Assembly: GCA_050613775.1 (NCBI GenBank)
Contig: JBODTK010000154.1
Location: forward strand, 124,001 to 188,000
Reading direction: 5' to 3'
Source of the DNA: Neocallimastix sp. 'constans'
Lineage: Eukaryota
Length of the DNA: 64,000 nt
The translations under genes were made by a program, and so were the position numbers. This document shows positions 48,817 through 63,833 of the stretch, one piece after another; positions within the stretch are counted from its first letter, which is position 1, and each line of letters begins with the position of its first letter. The notes under the pieces are model-generated. The model did not search any database. It had not been told where the DNA came from and saw nothing but the letters and a program-made list of their open reading frames with translations.

Positions 48817-50617
48817 TATCTTTTGCAATTTAAAAATGTATTACGAATTTTACATTCTTAACTTTATCTTAAACATATCAATTCTTGTATATAATCAGCA
48901 ATGTAATAGAGTTTTTTTGTTTTTAGTCATTCTGTCAATAGAAAATATAATTTTTGACAACAGAAGAAATATATATATATATATGAAACAGATGGTATAT
49001 AATACTAACAAATTTTAAAAAGTTCATTATATAGTATTAAATAAAAAATTGATCTCTTTAAATGGAAAAGGATGAAATAAAATTTAAAGATTTTAAAATT
49101 TTAATTACAATATAAAAATAAGCTAAATAAGATATTAGAAAAATTGGAAAAATTAATAATTAAATAAATTATTAATGCATATAATAAAGTTGATATAATA
49201 GATATAATATAAAATTTATTAGAAAAAATGTTTTTTTTTTTTTTATATTATATATTGTACTTATTATTTCATATTTATAAGTAAATATATATTAACAATA
49301 TATTAAAACTGAACATTCAGGTAAAGGAATTAGTTACAGTATAAGTAAAAAATGATTTAAATAATATGAATTTAATTTACCTAATTTAAGGAATAATTTA
49401 AATTAATCTTCTTTTATATATTTATATATAATTAGATAATATTTTATTTATTATATTTAGATTTATCAATTTTAATTTATTTATTGTTACACAATTATTA
49501 ATCATTTTAATTATAATTATTTATTAAAAATGTCTAAAATAAGCTTTATATATATATATTTTTTTTTTATATAAACATTTTTAAATATTTATATTTATAT
49601 AATATTATAATTTTTATAGTAATAATAAAATAATAATAAAATAATAATAATAAAATAATAAAAATAATAAAAATAATAAAAATAATAAAAATAATAAAAA
49701 TAATAAAAATAATAAAAATAATAAAAATAATAAAAATAATAATAACAATAAAACCTGTATGCACCGCACTATATGAAAAAATTGGAACTAAGAAGTCAAT
49801 AATTTCATAGTAAAATTTGTAAAATTGTGAATGAAGATATCTTATTAAATATATAGAAAAAGTAGAATATATGAGAATTTATTATGTGAGCAAATTTGAA
49901 CTTTCAAAAGTTAGTATTGGTCATCAAATATAATAAAAAAATTAAAAAAGGTATAAAAAAAATACTATTAAAATATATATTTATATAAAAAATACGAAAA
50001 AAAATTAAATATATAGTCTTATTTGTTATTAATATATTATAAAATAAAATTATATGTGTTAGTTATCAAATATATTCGATAAAAATGACTGTTTTTATTA
50101 ATAGTTTGAAATTTTTTTATCTTTACAATATATTATCAAATTTTATATTTATTAAGAATTTTAAAATTATTTATAATTAAAAAGGTATATTGATGAAATT
50201 ATTATGTTGAAATGAAACTTTAATTTATAATTTAATATTATATTTTTTTATTAATAAGATATTATAAATATTTATAAAATTATATGTAAATTTATTAATA
50301 TTAAATAATTTTATTGATTTAGGATTTTTATTTTGTGCTTCATTTATATATATATATATAAATAAATATTAATTAACTTTATTCAAAAATCTTATTATTT
50401 ATCATTAGTTACACATATTTTTTTATCCAAAATATATCAAAATTTTTTTATTATAAGTAAAAATTCATATAAATTATTGATATGAATTTATTATAAATAT
50501 AAATAGATTAAAAAATAGCTGGAATAATTTTAATTTATGTATTTTCAATTATATATAAATTATATAATTGTTTTATTAACTATTATGTTTATTATTAATT
50601 TTTTTTAATATAGTTTT

Positions 50618-50853
50618 ATAATTTTTTTGATTAATGAATTTTGAATATAATTTTTTTGATTCATGAATTTTGAATATAATTTTTTTGATTCATGAATTTT
50701 GAATATAATTTTTTTGATTAATGAATTTTGAATATAATTTTTTTGATTAATGAATTTTGAATATAATTTTTTTGATTCATGAATTTTGAATATAATTTTT
50801 TTGATTCATGAATTTTGAATATAATTTTTTTGATTAATGAATTTTGAATATAA
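50618..50853. repeat. 29-bp minisatellite, ~8 copies
   Basis: Unit ataatttttttgatt(a/c)atgaattttgaat. Confidence 0.9.
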
Positions 50854-51102
50854 TGTTAATATTTTGTCATTAAAAAAAAAAAAAGAATTAAAATATTTCA
50901 CTGATTTGTAAAAATAATAATTAAAAGATTTTTTTTTTAACTATGTGAAATATTTTAATTTTTATTAATAAAAATAATTATATTTTATATTTATATCAAT
51001 GCAATGTAATGGAACAATTTTATTAGATTTACTAAATTTTATTAAAGTTATAATTTGATAAAACAGCTAAACTACTAATACTAGTACTAATACTAATACT
51101 AA

Positions 51103-51134
<32 letters not shown>

Positions 51135-53885
51135 ATAATAATAATAATAATAATAATTGATAAAGAATAATCAAAATCTTTATAATTATAACTACATTTT
51201 ATTTATTATTATTTTATAATTTTATATGTAATCATAAAAATTTTAATAAAACTCCGAAAGCATATAAATTAGGAATTTAGAAATATATCTTAGAAATCAA
51301 TCTTGCTTAGAAATGAGGTTCAAATATTTTAATTTTGATATTTTTAAATGTAATTTTAAAGGATTATAAAAATATGCTATAAAATATTATATTATTGAAT
51401 ATTTTAACTTAGGGAAGTCAATAAAATTATATTAAAATAATTAATGTTTAATATAAATAAAGATAATAAATAATAAATATAAGACATATAAAATAATGTA
51501 AATAATTGTATATAAATTGTATATAATTTATTAGTAATTATAATAAATATTTTATTATAAATAAATAATTATCTTTTTTTTAAATGTTGAAATTTAAAAT
51601 TTAATATCAATAATAAAAAAAAATATTATAAATATATTATTTTATTATTACTAATATAAATAAATTTTACTATCTATTATTATGAATAATGTAATTGATG
51701 AGATAATTTATAAATTGTATATAAAAAAAATTTCTTTACCATATTAGTATTTTTTTTTATTTGAATTCATGAAACATTTAATTTAAAATTTATTAATATT
51801 TTTATTAATTTGTAATTTTAATTTTATATAAATAAACAGATAAAAAAATTATAAAAATAGAAAAAAAAAAAAAAAGAAAATAATTAGAAAAATGAAAATT
51901 TTAATTTACTTTTATTCTTAAAAAAATATATATAATTAGCAAAGAAGTTTTATAATTCTATGTAACAGAATTAAGTTATTATTAACATTTATTTTTATTT
52001 TATTTTAATAATAAAAGTGGTAACTTTTTATTATTTTATTAATGCAAATAAAAATAATTTAATAATTTAAAATATTATTTTTTAAACAAAACATGGCAAA
52101 TAATTATATTTAATATGAATATTTGAAATATATTTAAAATTGTGTATATATAATTTTTTTTTTTTTATTTATTTATTATTAATTTTATAAAAATAATTAC
52201 CATATTTATTTAAATAAAAAAAAAATCATAAATAATTAATTATTATTTATAATTAATCTTTTAGTCCTGAATTTTATTGGTATAAAATATATAAATTAAA
52301 AATATATGTAATGATAGTACAAATAATCTATCATTATATATTATATGTATATGTATATGTATATGTATACAATAGTTATATTTGTAAATAAATAAATATT
52401 TGTTAGTTAAATATAATACATTTTTAATAATATATTAATAGTATAATTTGAACAATGGTTTAATAGATGAATCATAATACAAAAAAATTAGATCATACCT
52501 ATATAATTATTGTAATTATATATTTAATAAAGTTTTGTATTTATAAAATAATGTATGTCATTTTTGTATAAGTTAGTTAAAACGATTTATTCGGAAGAGC
52601 TTTTAAATATAAATCTAATAAGTGTATTTTCTGATTGTTTTAATAAATATATATATTTTTTAATTCAAATTTAAATTATATTTATTATTTTAAATTTTTT
52701 TATTGATTATATTTTAAATATTAGATAATTATAAAAATAAAATTAAATAATATTTTAATAAAAATAAATTAAAAAAAAAAATACATATTGGATAATGACT
52801 CCAAAAATATATTTTGAATATATGACTGAACGGTAGATGAAACTTTATAGGCTAATTTTATTTTATTTTATTTCATATTTTTTAAAATTATTTTTAAAAA
52901 AAAATAAAATAAAACTCATTATAATTATATTATTAAATTCTTTTTATTCCTTTATAAATTGGAATTTTTTTTTTTTTATTTATTGTATATATTTTAAACA
53001 TAGCAATAGTATATATATACCATAAACACTAATTGATTGTGTAATAATTTATTTCATAAAAACTATAATATATGATAATATATATTTATATATAAAAATG
53101 TCTGTTAATAGTTAACTTTTAATTAACTGTTTTAATCTAAATGGTTTTAATAATTATTATAACAAAGAAAGCTTATCAAATTAAAAAATAAATAAAAAAA
53201 ATATATATATATATACTTTAGTTTTCTTTCAACTATTTTTTATCTTACTATATATCAAGTATACCTTTATTATTATTATTATAATTATTTTTTTTTTTTA
53301 AAAAAATTAATGAAATAATATTATGTTACATTAAATAAATTACTTTACATAAAATGACATGGTTATTTAATATTATTAGAATTAATTAAATGAAAATGAA
53401 ATGTTTTTATTAAAAACAATCTATGTATAATTTAATTTAATTTTAAAAAATTTTTTTTAAAAAAAAAAAAAGAAAAAGAAAACATATCTAAATTAAGTAA
53501 ATTTTAAATTTTGTAATGTATTTATTTATTTATACATCTATATTTTTTAATTTAGCCAAAAAAAAAAAAAACAACTTTTTTTTTAAAAAAATATTATATA
53601 GTGTTTTATTTATTATATAAAGTTTATTATTTTAATATTAATCTACAATACACAATTTAATAAATTATTTTAATATTCATATATCAATAATATATAATAT
53701 ATAGATAATATACTATTTTGTTCAATAATTAATATAGTAATTTTTAAATATAAAAAGGGTAATAATTTTCTTTTTCTTTTTTTTTTTTTTTTTGTTTTTT
53801 TTTTTATTTTTTTTTAATATATATTATACGTTATAAACATTTATTATTAATTATCATAATAAATATTTATTGCAAAAAAAAAATC

Positions 53886-53902
53886 TTTTCTCTGGAAGAA
53901 AA
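53886..53902 (+). promoter_or_regulatory. Conserved CTGGA-loop hairpin upstream of GH6 copy 6
   Basis: ttttct-ctgga-agaaaa. Confidence 0.75.
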
Positions 53903-54098
53903 TAAATATACTTAATTATATATATAATAAATATTTATACGTTTTTTATAGATAATATAAAAGTATTTGTATTTAATTATTAAATAGTCAATACAATTAT
54001 TTCTAATTAACAGGAAATAGTCTATTTTTTTTTGTTTTGTAAACAAGTTTTATATTTTTACATAATAAATCCTATTATTTTTTTTTGACATAATTAAA

Positions 54099-55571
54099 AT
54101 GAAGACATCTCTTGCTTTAATTACTGTTACTACTCTTGCCGCTAAGGCTTCTGCTGCATGCTTCTCTCAAAGTTTAGGTTATCCATGTTGTTCTGGAAAT
54201 GACGTTGTTTACATCGATAATGATGGTAAATGGGGTGTTGAAAATGGTAACTGGTGTGGTATTGCTGATACTCCAGCTCCAGCTGCTTGCTGGTCAACAA
54301 GTTTAGGTTATCCATGTTGTTCATCTTCTAGTGCCCAAGTTTACTACACTGATAATGACGGAAAGTGGGGTGTTGAAAATAATGACTGGTGTGGTATTCC
54401 AACTGGTTCCATTGGCGGTGGAAACAGCGGTGGAAATGAAGAAGTAAATGTTACTCCAGGTGAACAATACACTCACAATGGTAATCCATTCTCTGATGTT
54501 GAATTCTTCATTAATCCATACTATACTGCTGAAGTTGATGCCGCAATTGCTCAAATGAGTGATTCTTCCCTTATCGCTAAGGCTGAAAAGATGAAGACAT
54601 ACTCTAATGCTATTTGGTTAGATACCATTAAGAATATGAATGAGTGGTTAGAAAAGAATTTAAAGGGAGCTCTTGCTCAACAAAGTGGAAGTAAGAAGGT
54701 TTTAACCGTTTTTGTGGTTTACGATTTACCAGGTCGTGATTGTCACGCTCTTGCTTCTAATGGTGAACTTCTCGCCAATGATGGTGATTTAGCTCGTTAC
54801 AAGTCTGAATACATTGATGTTATTGAAGGTCACTTAAAGACTTATAAATCTCAACCAGTTGTTCTTATTGTTGAACCTGATTCACTTGCTAACTTAGTTA
54901 CTAACCTTGAATCTACTCCAGCTTGTGCTGACTCCGAAAAATACTATCTTGATGGTCATGCTTACTTAATTCAAAAGTTTGGTATTCTTCCACATGTTGC
55001 TATGTATCTTGATATTGGTCACGCCTTCTGGTTAGGTTGGGATGATAATCGTGAAAAGGCTGGTAAAGTTTACTCTAAGGTTATTAGTTCTGGTGCTCCA
55101 GGTAAGGTTCGTGGTTTCACTGATAATGTTGCTAACTACACTCCATGGGAAGATCCAACTCTTTCTCGTGGACCAGAAACTGAATGGAACCCATGTCCAG
55201 ATGAAAAGAGATACTTAGAAGCCATGCACAAGGACTTCAAATCAGCTGGTATTGAATCAGTTTACTTTGTCTGCGATACTTCTCGTAATGGTAAGAAGGT
55301 TGATCGTAAGCACCCAGGAGAATGGTGTAACCAAACTGGAGTTGGTGTTGGTGCCAGACCACAAGCCAGTCCAGTTTCTGGTATGGATTATCTTGATGCT
55401 TTCTACTGGATTAAGCCACTTGGTGAATCTGATGGTACCTCTGATGAATCTGCTGCTCGTTATGATGGTTACTGTGGTCATGAAACCGCTATGAAGCCAG
55501 CTCCAGAAGCCGGTCAATGGTTCCAAAAGCACTTTGAACAAGGTATTAAGAACGCTAACCCTCCACTCTAA
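54099..55571 (+). CDS. Dockerin x2 + GH6 cellobiohydrolase, copy 6 (490 aa)
   Basis: Intact ORF with a more divergent N-terminal half; GH6 catalytic motifs conserved. Confidence 0.96.
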   Translation: MKTSLALITVTTLAAKASAACFSQSLGYPCCSGNDVVYIDNDGKWGVENGNWCGIADTPAPAACWSTSLGYPCCSSSSAQVYYTDNDGKWGVENNDWCGIPTGSIGGGNSGGNEEVNVTPGEQYTHNGNPFSDVEFFINPYYTAEVDAAIAQMSDSSLIAKAEKMKTYSNAIWLDTIKNMNEWLEKNLKGALAQQSGSKKVLTVFVVYDLPGRDCHALASNGELLANDGDLARYKSEYIDVIEGHLKTYKSQPVVLIVEPDSLANLVTNLESTPACADSEKYYLDGHAYLIQKFGILPHVAMYLDIGHAFWLGWDDNREKAGKVYSKVISSGAPGKVRGFTDNVANYTPWEDPTLSRGPETEWNPCPDEKRYLEAMHKDFKSAGIESVYFVCDTSRNGKKVDRKHPGEWCNQTGVGVGARPQASPVSGMDYLDAFYWIKPLGESDGTSDESAARYDGYCGHETAMKPAPEAGQWFQKHFEQGIKNANPPL

Positions 55572-56009
55572 GTTTGAAATCTATTTATAAAATAGATTAA
55601 ATTCTTTCTGTCATTGAGGAAAAATAGAAATAATGTTTAACATTTTTTTTAAATAATAAAGAATAAAGTTTACTATTAGAATGAATTTTCTTTTTTTTCA
55701 TATCAATAAAATATTATAAATAAAATATTACTCTAAATATTAATAGAGTATTTTTAAAAAAATAAATATTCTGATGTTTTTTTTTTTTTTTTTTTAATAA
55801 ATATTTAAATTATATAATATTTATAATGTATATATAATGAACATATAATTATTATATAATACTATATATTTATTTTTATTGATAATAAATAGAAATAATA
55901 TATTAGTAATGATATCATTAATAGATTGTTAAAATTCGATTTTATATTTTTTTCTAATTATTTACTAGTAATATAATATGTCTCTCTATATTATAAATTA
56001 TTAAGTAAA

Positions 56010-56690
56010 AGGGAATTAGTTTAGTTCTAAAATTTTGGAGGGCCATAAGTATTGAAATAAGCAAATAATTAAACCCAGCTTTGATTAAATACTTTTTGAT
56101 TTAAATTGCTTTTTTTAATTATTGAATTTTCTTATTAAATCATTATATGATATTCATTCATGATTTCTTAAAACCATTTTCTAATTTAATTTTTTATCAA
56201 AGCAAATTGTATCAGAAGATTTCCCAACATATTGCCTTTATTGCGGTGAAAATAACAAATTTTAATTCCTAAATTTGAAGAATTCAGGCAATAAGCATTT
56301 CATTTGTTGATGAAAATTTTTTTTAAATTGTCTCTGATTGCTCAAGTAAAAACATTAATCATTCCTTATGATAATGAGGAAGATTATGAATATAATATTA
56401 ATTTTTGTGTACTGTTTCTCCTTCTTAGAGAAAATGCGGTTTTAAGGAAAGAAGGAGATTGATTAATTATTATTATTATTACTATTTTTTTTTTTATTTC
56501 AATCACCTTCGAGAGAGTCTTTTTTCTAAATTTCTTCTTTCATGATGCTTACGTAATAATAACCTTACTAATGATATGCCAATGATAATTAATGATTTTT
56601 ATACTACAGTCATTTTGTATACCATTGAATCTACAGTTGTCAAAAGCAAGAGCGTTGACATTAATGTCTAAACGATAAGGCAAAAAAAAA
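56010..56690 (+). mobile_element. 3' fragment of a related LINE
   Basis: 56200-56425 aligns by eye with 26900-27170 (cccaacata...cctaaatttgaagaatt.aggc...tctctgattgctca...tgataat.aggaag). Encodes PTYCLYCGE and PKFEEFR and ends in an A-run at ~56682-56691. Confidence 0.65.
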
Positions 56691-58881
56691 ACATTCTGAT
56701 ACTGATTCGCCCTCATAAAATAATGTTTTAATACTAATATAAAAACTTCATATATTTTATTTTCATGCAATTCCTCAATCTTTTAATTAAATTCTGTTAT
56801 TCAAAGTAATAAAAATTTAAAATTCCACGTTAATCACAGATATCTTATATTTTTTGAATAAGTTTTTTATTTTTTTTAAATTTCTACTATTCGTTTTATA
56901 TATATATATATTACTTTCAAGTTTATATAATTATTATACAATTTTTGAATAAATTTTAAGTAATGATAAAATATTCTCCTTTTAGTCTATAAAGATTTTA
57001 ATAAAAAAAAATGAAAAAAAAAAATGAAGAAAAAAAAAATATTTATATTTATATATATCTAACTATATTTATATTATATTTATATATCACAATTTGTCAA
57101 AACTTTATAATTTTTTTTTCCAAAAATTACTCATCATTAAAAATTATATTAAAAATAAAATTATATTAAAAAAAGTATTAAAAATATATATATATATATA
57201 TATGTAGTAATGAATTAAAATATTTTCATATCTATGAAGGCTTTATTGTAATAAGTATTATTGCTATATTTGTATGATAAATAGTAATGAAAAAAAAAAT
57301 AAAATAAAATAGAATTGTAATCATAATTAAACTTTATAAAATATGATTATTATATTTTGAATTTACCTTTTTCTCTTTTCACAGAAAATTTTTTTAATAA
57401 TCAATGATTGATTAAAAGATTAATAAATAAGAATTTATATTTATTATGAAAAGCACAATTATACATAAGTACAAAATAAAATTAAATAGATAAGTAATGT
57501 TGTTAACTATATAGTTAAAACTTAATAAGAATAAATTATAAAGCATCATATTAAATTTGTAATTCTAATTTACCATAGATATATCAATTTTTTAAAATCA
57601 TACTTTTTTAATATTTACTATATTTATTATATCAATATTGTATAATTAAATTCATTTTATATTAATTCATATTATATTATGTATTATATATATATATTTG
57701 ATTACAATATTTTATATTTTAAAATAATATTTTTTAAAATAAAAGCTATTAATAATTGTTAGCTTTTTATAATATATAATTCATAGTAATTTTTTTTTTT
57801 TTATTTTATTATTGTTTTTGTCATTTTTTTTTGTCATTTATTACTATTGTTATTTTTTTTTAGTCATTTATTACTTTTTTCATAAATATTAATTTATAAT
57901 GCATATCATGTCTTATGCTTATTTTTTCTATTTTCTATTTTAATAAAAATTAATTTTTAAATACAATATTTTCTATATATTATAATTTATTATTATAATT
58001 CATATATATATATATTTTTTATATATATTATAATTTCTATATTACTATTATTTATATTTATCATTATGTTCCATTTATTTTTATTTATATTTTTTTTATT
58101 TTTCCATTATATTATCATTTTTCCAATTTAATAATTTTTAATTTATTTCAATTTAAAAATATATAAAATATATATAATATAAACTTTTTATATAACAACT
58201 CTAAATAAATATATATTTTTTTTATTTTTTATTATAAATATTATATTGTAGTTTTTAAAAATTAATTCTATAAATTATAAAATTAATTAAAAAATTTTAT
58301 TAATAATAATAATCTATATTGTGTAAGTAATTAATTTCCTGGAAATAATTCTAAATACTATTGTTTTAAATAGAGTTTAATAAAAAATTATTTCATTGTG
58401 CCATATTAAATAAATTAAATAATAATTAGGTAACTAAAGACAATTTAATTTCCGAAATGCTAATTAAAATATATTTTGAGTGAAACAAAAAAAACAAAAA
58501 AAAAAAAAACAATGATTATATAAAATAATATAAACATTATTTAATAAAATTCATAGAAATAATAAATTTTAAAATATATTAAGTAAAAAATGTCTATTAT
58601 TTTATATAAATTCTATTTATATAATATCATGTCATACATTAAAATTTATATTCAATATATATATTTAATTTTTTAAAAATATGTAATTTATTTGATATTA
58701 AAAATATGAAATGTTTTTTAGTTATTATTATTAATTAATTTATATTTTTATTGTTATTACTAATAATATTATTATTCTAAATATATTATATTAAAAAAAT
58801 GTATAAAAAGAGTATATTTTTCTTCATTTATTCAATTCAATATAATAATTAAATAATAGAATTATTATTATTATAAAAAGA

Positions 58882-58903
58882 AAATTTCTCTGGAAGAAAA
58901 TTT
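58882..58903 (+). promoter_or_regulatory. Conserved CTGGA-loop hairpin upstream of GH6 copy 7
   Basis: aaatttct-ctgga-agaaaattt (one bulged A). Confidence 0.75.
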
Positions 58904-58969
58904 AGAATATATATATAATAAATTTAATCTTATATTTAGATATATAAAATTTTAATTAAACAATAAAAC

Positions 58970-60445
58970 ATGAAGGCTTCTATTGTTTTATCTGCTCTTA
59001 CTGCTTTTACTCTTAAGGCTTCTGCTGATTGCTTCTCTACCAGATTAGGTTATCCATGTTGTTCTGGAAATGACGTTGTTTACACCGACAATGATGGTAA
59101 ATGGGGTGTAGAAAATGGTAACTGGTGTGGTATTGCTGATACTCCATCTTCAGCTGCTTGCTGGTCCCTTTCTCAAGGTTACCCATGCTGTTCCTCTTCA
59201 AATGCTGAAGTTTGGTACACTGATGCCTCAGGTAAATGGGGTGTTGAAAATGGAGACTGGTGTGGTATTCCAACTGGTTCTACTGGTGGTAACACTGGTG
59301 GCAATAATGACGATATTGATGTTACTCCAGGTGAACAATTCACTCACAATGGTAATCCATTTGCTAATAAGGAATTCTATATTAATCCATACTATGTTAA
59401 AGAAGTCGAAGGTGCCATTGCTCAAATGTCAGATTCTTCCCTTATTGCTAAGGCTGAAAAGATGAAGACTTTCTCTAATGCTATCTGGCTTGATTCAATC
59501 AAAAACATGCAAAGTTGGTTAGAATCAAATTTGAAAGGTGCTCTTGCTCAACAAAATGCTTCTGGTAAAGATGTTTTAACTGTTTTCGTCGTTTACGATT
59601 TACCAGGTCGTGATTGTCACGCTCTTGCTTCTAATGGTGAACTTCTTGCTAACGATGGTGATTTTACTCGTTACAAGTCTGAATACATTGATGTCATTGA
59701 AGGTCACTTAAAGACTTACAAATCTCAACCAGTTGTTCTTATTGTTGAACCAGATTCACTTGCTAACATGGTTACCAATCTTGATTCCACTCCAGCATGT
59801 CGTGATTCTGAAAAGTATTACATGGATGGTCATGCTTACTTAATTAAGAAGTTTGGTGTTCTTCCACATGTTGCTATGTATCTTGATATTGGTCACGCCT
59901 TCTGGTTAGGTTGGGATGACAACCGTGAAAAGGCTGGTAAGGTTTATGCCAAGGTTATCAGCTCTGGTGCTCCAGGTAAGGTTCGTGGTTTCACTGATAA
60001 TGTTGCTAACTACACTCCATGGGAAGATCCAACTCTTTCTCGTGGACCAGAAACCGAATGGAACCCATGTCCAGATGAAAAGAGATACTTACAAGCTATT
60101 CAAAAGGACTTCAAATCAGCTGGTATTCAATCAGTTTACTTCGTTTGTGATACTTCTCGTAACGGTAAGAAGGTTGACCGTAAGCACCCAGGAGAATGGT
60201 GTAACCAAACTGGAGTTGGTATTGGAGCCAGACCACAAGCCAGTCCAGTTTCTGGTATGGAATACCTTGATGCTTTCTACTGGATTAAGCCACTTGGTGA
60301 ATCTGATGGTACCTCTGATGAAAGTGCAGCTCGTTTCGATGGTTACTGTGGTCATGAAACCGCTATGAAGCCAGCACCAGAAGCCGGTCAATGGTTCCAA
60401 AAGCACTTTGAACAAGGTATTAAGAATGCTAACCCACCACTTTAA
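58970..60445 (+). CDS. Dockerin x2 + GH6 cellobiohydrolase, copy 7 (491 aa)
   Basis: Intact ORF, divergent paralog; GH6 catalytic motifs conserved. Confidence 0.96.
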   Translation: MKASIVLSALTAFTLKASADCFSTRLGYPCCSGNDVVYTDNDGKWGVENGNWCGIADTPSSAACWSLSQGYPCCSSSNAEVWYTDASGKWGVENGDWCGIPTGSTGGNTGGNNDDIDVTPGEQFTHNGNPFANKEFYINPYYVKEVEGAIAQMSDSSLIAKAEKMKTFSNAIWLDSIKNMQSWLESNLKGALAQQNASGKDVLTVFVVYDLPGRDCHALASNGELLANDGDFTRYKSEYIDVIEGHLKTYKSQPVVLIVEPDSLANMVTNLDSTPACRDSEKYYMDGHAYLIKKFGVLPHVAMYLDIGHAFWLGWDDNREKAGKVYAKVISSGAPGKVRGFTDNVANYTPWEDPTLSRGPETEWNPCPDEKRYLQAIQKDFKSAGIQSVYFVCDTSRNGKKVDRKHPGEWCNQTGVGIGARPQASPVSGMEYLDAFYWIKPLGESDGTSDESAARFDGYCGHETAMKPAPEAGQWFQKHFEQGIKNANPPL

Positions 60446-61015
60446 ATTGATGATTTAAATTAATAAAATATTTAATTAAACATTAACTGTTATCTAAATA
60501 TATATTTAAAGTGCTACAAAAAATAATAAATTATCAAAAAAAAAAAAAAAAAACTATTTAGATTTACATAATATATATAGCGATTATTTTCTAATTATAG
60601 GAAATTCCACGATATTATATATTATCTATTAATAAAAATATAAATAAAAAATATTTTTAATATTATATTTTCAATATTAATATTAATATATTAATTAGTT
60701 AATAATAAATAATAAGATTAAGTCATGTAATTTTATTCGTTTAAATCAATAAATAAATTAAAAAAAAAAGAGCAATATATTAAATTAATTTATTTAATTT
60801 TGGAATATTAATTTAATGAGTAGCGAATAATTATTTTTTCTTTCTTTTTTTTTTTTATTTTGTATTTTATGAAGCTGTATTGTTTTTAATAAATTTATTA
60901 TAATTAAATTAGGAAGTTTAGTGAAAATATATATTTACATATATCTTTAAACTATTTAATAAATTAGTATATAAAATTTAGTAAAAGTATATTGTATATT
61001 TTTTTTGAAATATTT

Positions 61016-61526
61016 CATTTAAAAAGGTGCATTTCGCAAAATATTAATAAATAGATAAATAAATAGTAAAATAAATTATTAGATTATATAAAATACTGCA
61101 TAAGAATTTAAAAGGTGTAAAGATGATCAATTAATTATTTAAATATATTATTTTTTAAAATTTTAATAATTATATTTTGAATAATAATTCAAAATATAAT
61201 TATTCTTTATCTCTTATTAAATTTATTTTTTTATATATATAAAATAATATTAATTATATGGTTAAAACGTGTAATAAAATATTTTATTAATTAAAGTTTT
61301 AACTTTAATACATATTTATTATTTTTTATATAATTTATTATATAAATTCTTATTTTTTTTTTTAAAAAAAATATAAGTTTATTTATTTATTATAGTTTTA
61401 TTTATTTATTTTTTAATTATTTAGTAATTTATTTAAATTACATATATTATTTATTTATTTTATTATTAATTTATTTATTTATTAACTTTTAAAAAATTTT
61501 TTTGAGAAATGAAAATTTTCGAAATG
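61016..61526. mobile_element. Putative MITE-like element with imperfect ~27-bp terminal inverted repeats
   Basis: Left end catttaaaaaggtgcatttcgcaaaa; right end ttttgagaaatgaaaattttcgaaatg. Left end shared with the element at 62927. Confidence 0.5.
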
Positions 61527-62926
61527 CCTCACACTCAAACTTTATAATCTTTTATTTTAATTATTTAATTGTTTGTTTGTTTTTTTGTATTTTCAATTTT
61601 ACTATTAAACTTTTATTATATAATAATTAAAATTAATATATATTATATTATTTTCTATTATATTTGTAAAATTTTAGTAAAATTAAATATCATTTTTAAT
61701 TACATATCAAAATAGTAATATTTATAACTTTCAATATATATATTTTAATTTATATATTTTATAATATTACTATCTTCTAAATATTTTAATCAACTAACAT
61801 TTTTTTATACATAATAATTGTTAATGTATATATACATAGAAAAAACAAAACAAAACAAAACAAAAATAAAAAATAAAAAAATAAAATATTGCTCATGAAA
61901 TAGATTTTTATTTTTTTTTTATTTTTTTTTTTTTACTATTTTCACTTTATTGTACATGTTTGTATTTTTTTTTTTCTATATTAACAATATAAAATAATTC
62001 TTTTCCTAAAATTGAACAATTCTATTAATTCTATCATTTAAAAAAGGTTATTCATTGAATTGGGATAGTTATCGTTATATTTTACTTTTTTAGATTTATA
62101 AATTTTCTCAAAGAAATGTTATAATAAAATAATGAATACAATGGAATGTCCCAATATTTTATGTAATTTAAACAAAATAAAATATATAATTACAATAATA
62201 CTTAAAAGAGTTAAAAGAACTCAAATCATTGATTCTGAATTGATTTACTTCATTTGTGATAGTTTTTATAATAGTAAGAAAGTTAACCAGTAGCATTTTA
62301 TAAATGAAATAATCAAATTGAACACAGCATTAATACTATGTTATTGATTATTCAAATATATCTTAAACTGATAAATTCTATAAAATTAAATCATTTTGAT
62401 GAATTTGATAATACATCATATGAACGTTAAACTTATTTTAATAGTTACTATGGATTTAATGCTATCATAAGACTAGCATTAGAAGATGTGAAGTTTCAAA
62501 AAGAGTTTCAAAAAAAAAAAATAAAAAATAAAAAATAAAAATAAAAATAAAAATAAAAATAAAATAAAAAAAAAGTCTTTTGAATTATATTTTAAATCTT
62601 TTATTTTTCCGTTTATCATTTTATCATTTTACTAATTTCATAATTTTTTATTTATTTCAATTTAAAAATATTTAAATATATAATATAAACTTTTTATATA
62701 ACAACTCTAAATAAATATATTTTTTTTATAATTTTTTATTATAAATATTATATTGTAGTTTTTTTAAAAATTAATTCTATAAATAAATAATGATAAAGTA
62801 TTCAGGCTCGTTTATTTCTTATTGGGAGAAGTTATATTACTTATTTATGTTAATTTATTAATATAATTTTATTTATTCATTTATTAATTTATTTTATAAT
62901 TTATTATATATTTTATTAAATACTAA

Positions 62927-63833
62927 ATTTTCGAAAAGTTGAATTTCGCGAATAATTAATAAATAGATAAATAAATAATAAAATAAACAAATAATAAATT
63001 TATTATAATATATTAATAAATAAAAAATTTATAAATAATAAATAATTAAATTAATTTATAAAGTACGAAGTTCAGGTTCGGTTCTTTTAAGGTTTATTCT
63101 TTATTTGGGGGATATAATTTATGCTTTATAAAAATAATTTTATTTAAATTTTATTTATTTAAAAGAATTACATTTGCTTATCATTATTAAAAATGTAAAC
63201 TAACATTTATTATTAAAATTAATATTTATTTTCATATTTTGATCTCAAGAATTACACTAATCTACTATTTCTTATTCTTGGACAAAGAAATAAAACTATT
63301 TCTAATTATTTTTCTCTTTTATAATTATTATTATTAAAAATGTAAACTAACATTTATTCTTAAAATTAATATTTATTTTCATATTTTGATCTCAAGAATT
63401 ACACTAATCTACTATTTCTTATTCTTGGACAAAGAAATAAAACTATTTCTAATTATTTTTCTCTTTTATAATTATTTACTATAATAAAGTTTTCCTATAT
63501 TAAAGTATAAATATTAATTTACTTTCATTAATGTTAAATAATAAAAATATATAAATTAATTTCTAATAAGAAATACAATAAAAACTAGATTAATACATAA
63601 ATTTATGCTTTTACTACATTTCTTAATTAACATAAATTTATTATTAATTAGAGTTTTTATTTCTATTTCATATCATAATGTTTTTTATTTTATTATATAT
63701 AAAGTAACTAATAATATTAGATATATTTTTCTTTTCATATATTATTAAATCAATGAATAAAAATAATAATTATAATAATAAAATTTAATAATAAGTATTA
63801 ATTATTTATTATTCGAGAAATGAAACTTTAAAT
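62927..63833. mobile_element. Second putative MITE-like element of the same family, with an internal 147-bp tandem duplication
   Basis: Left end ttttcgaaaagttgaatttcgcgaataattaataaatagataaataaa; right end ttattcgagaaatgaaacttt. Duplication units start at ~63184 and ~63331. Confidence 0.5.

Noticed and set aside
50618..50853. 29-bp repeats resembling a CRISPR array
   Set aside because: Head-to-tail with no spacers, eukaryotic context and no cas genes; it is a minisatellite.
58333..58350. atttcctggaaat palindrome upstream of copy 7
   Set aside because: Single occurrence with different spacing from the conserved CTGGA hairpin; not found at the other paralogs.
62030..62510. Higher-complexity stretch that may be a decayed coding or transposase relic
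   Set aside because: No recognisable motif in any frame by eye.
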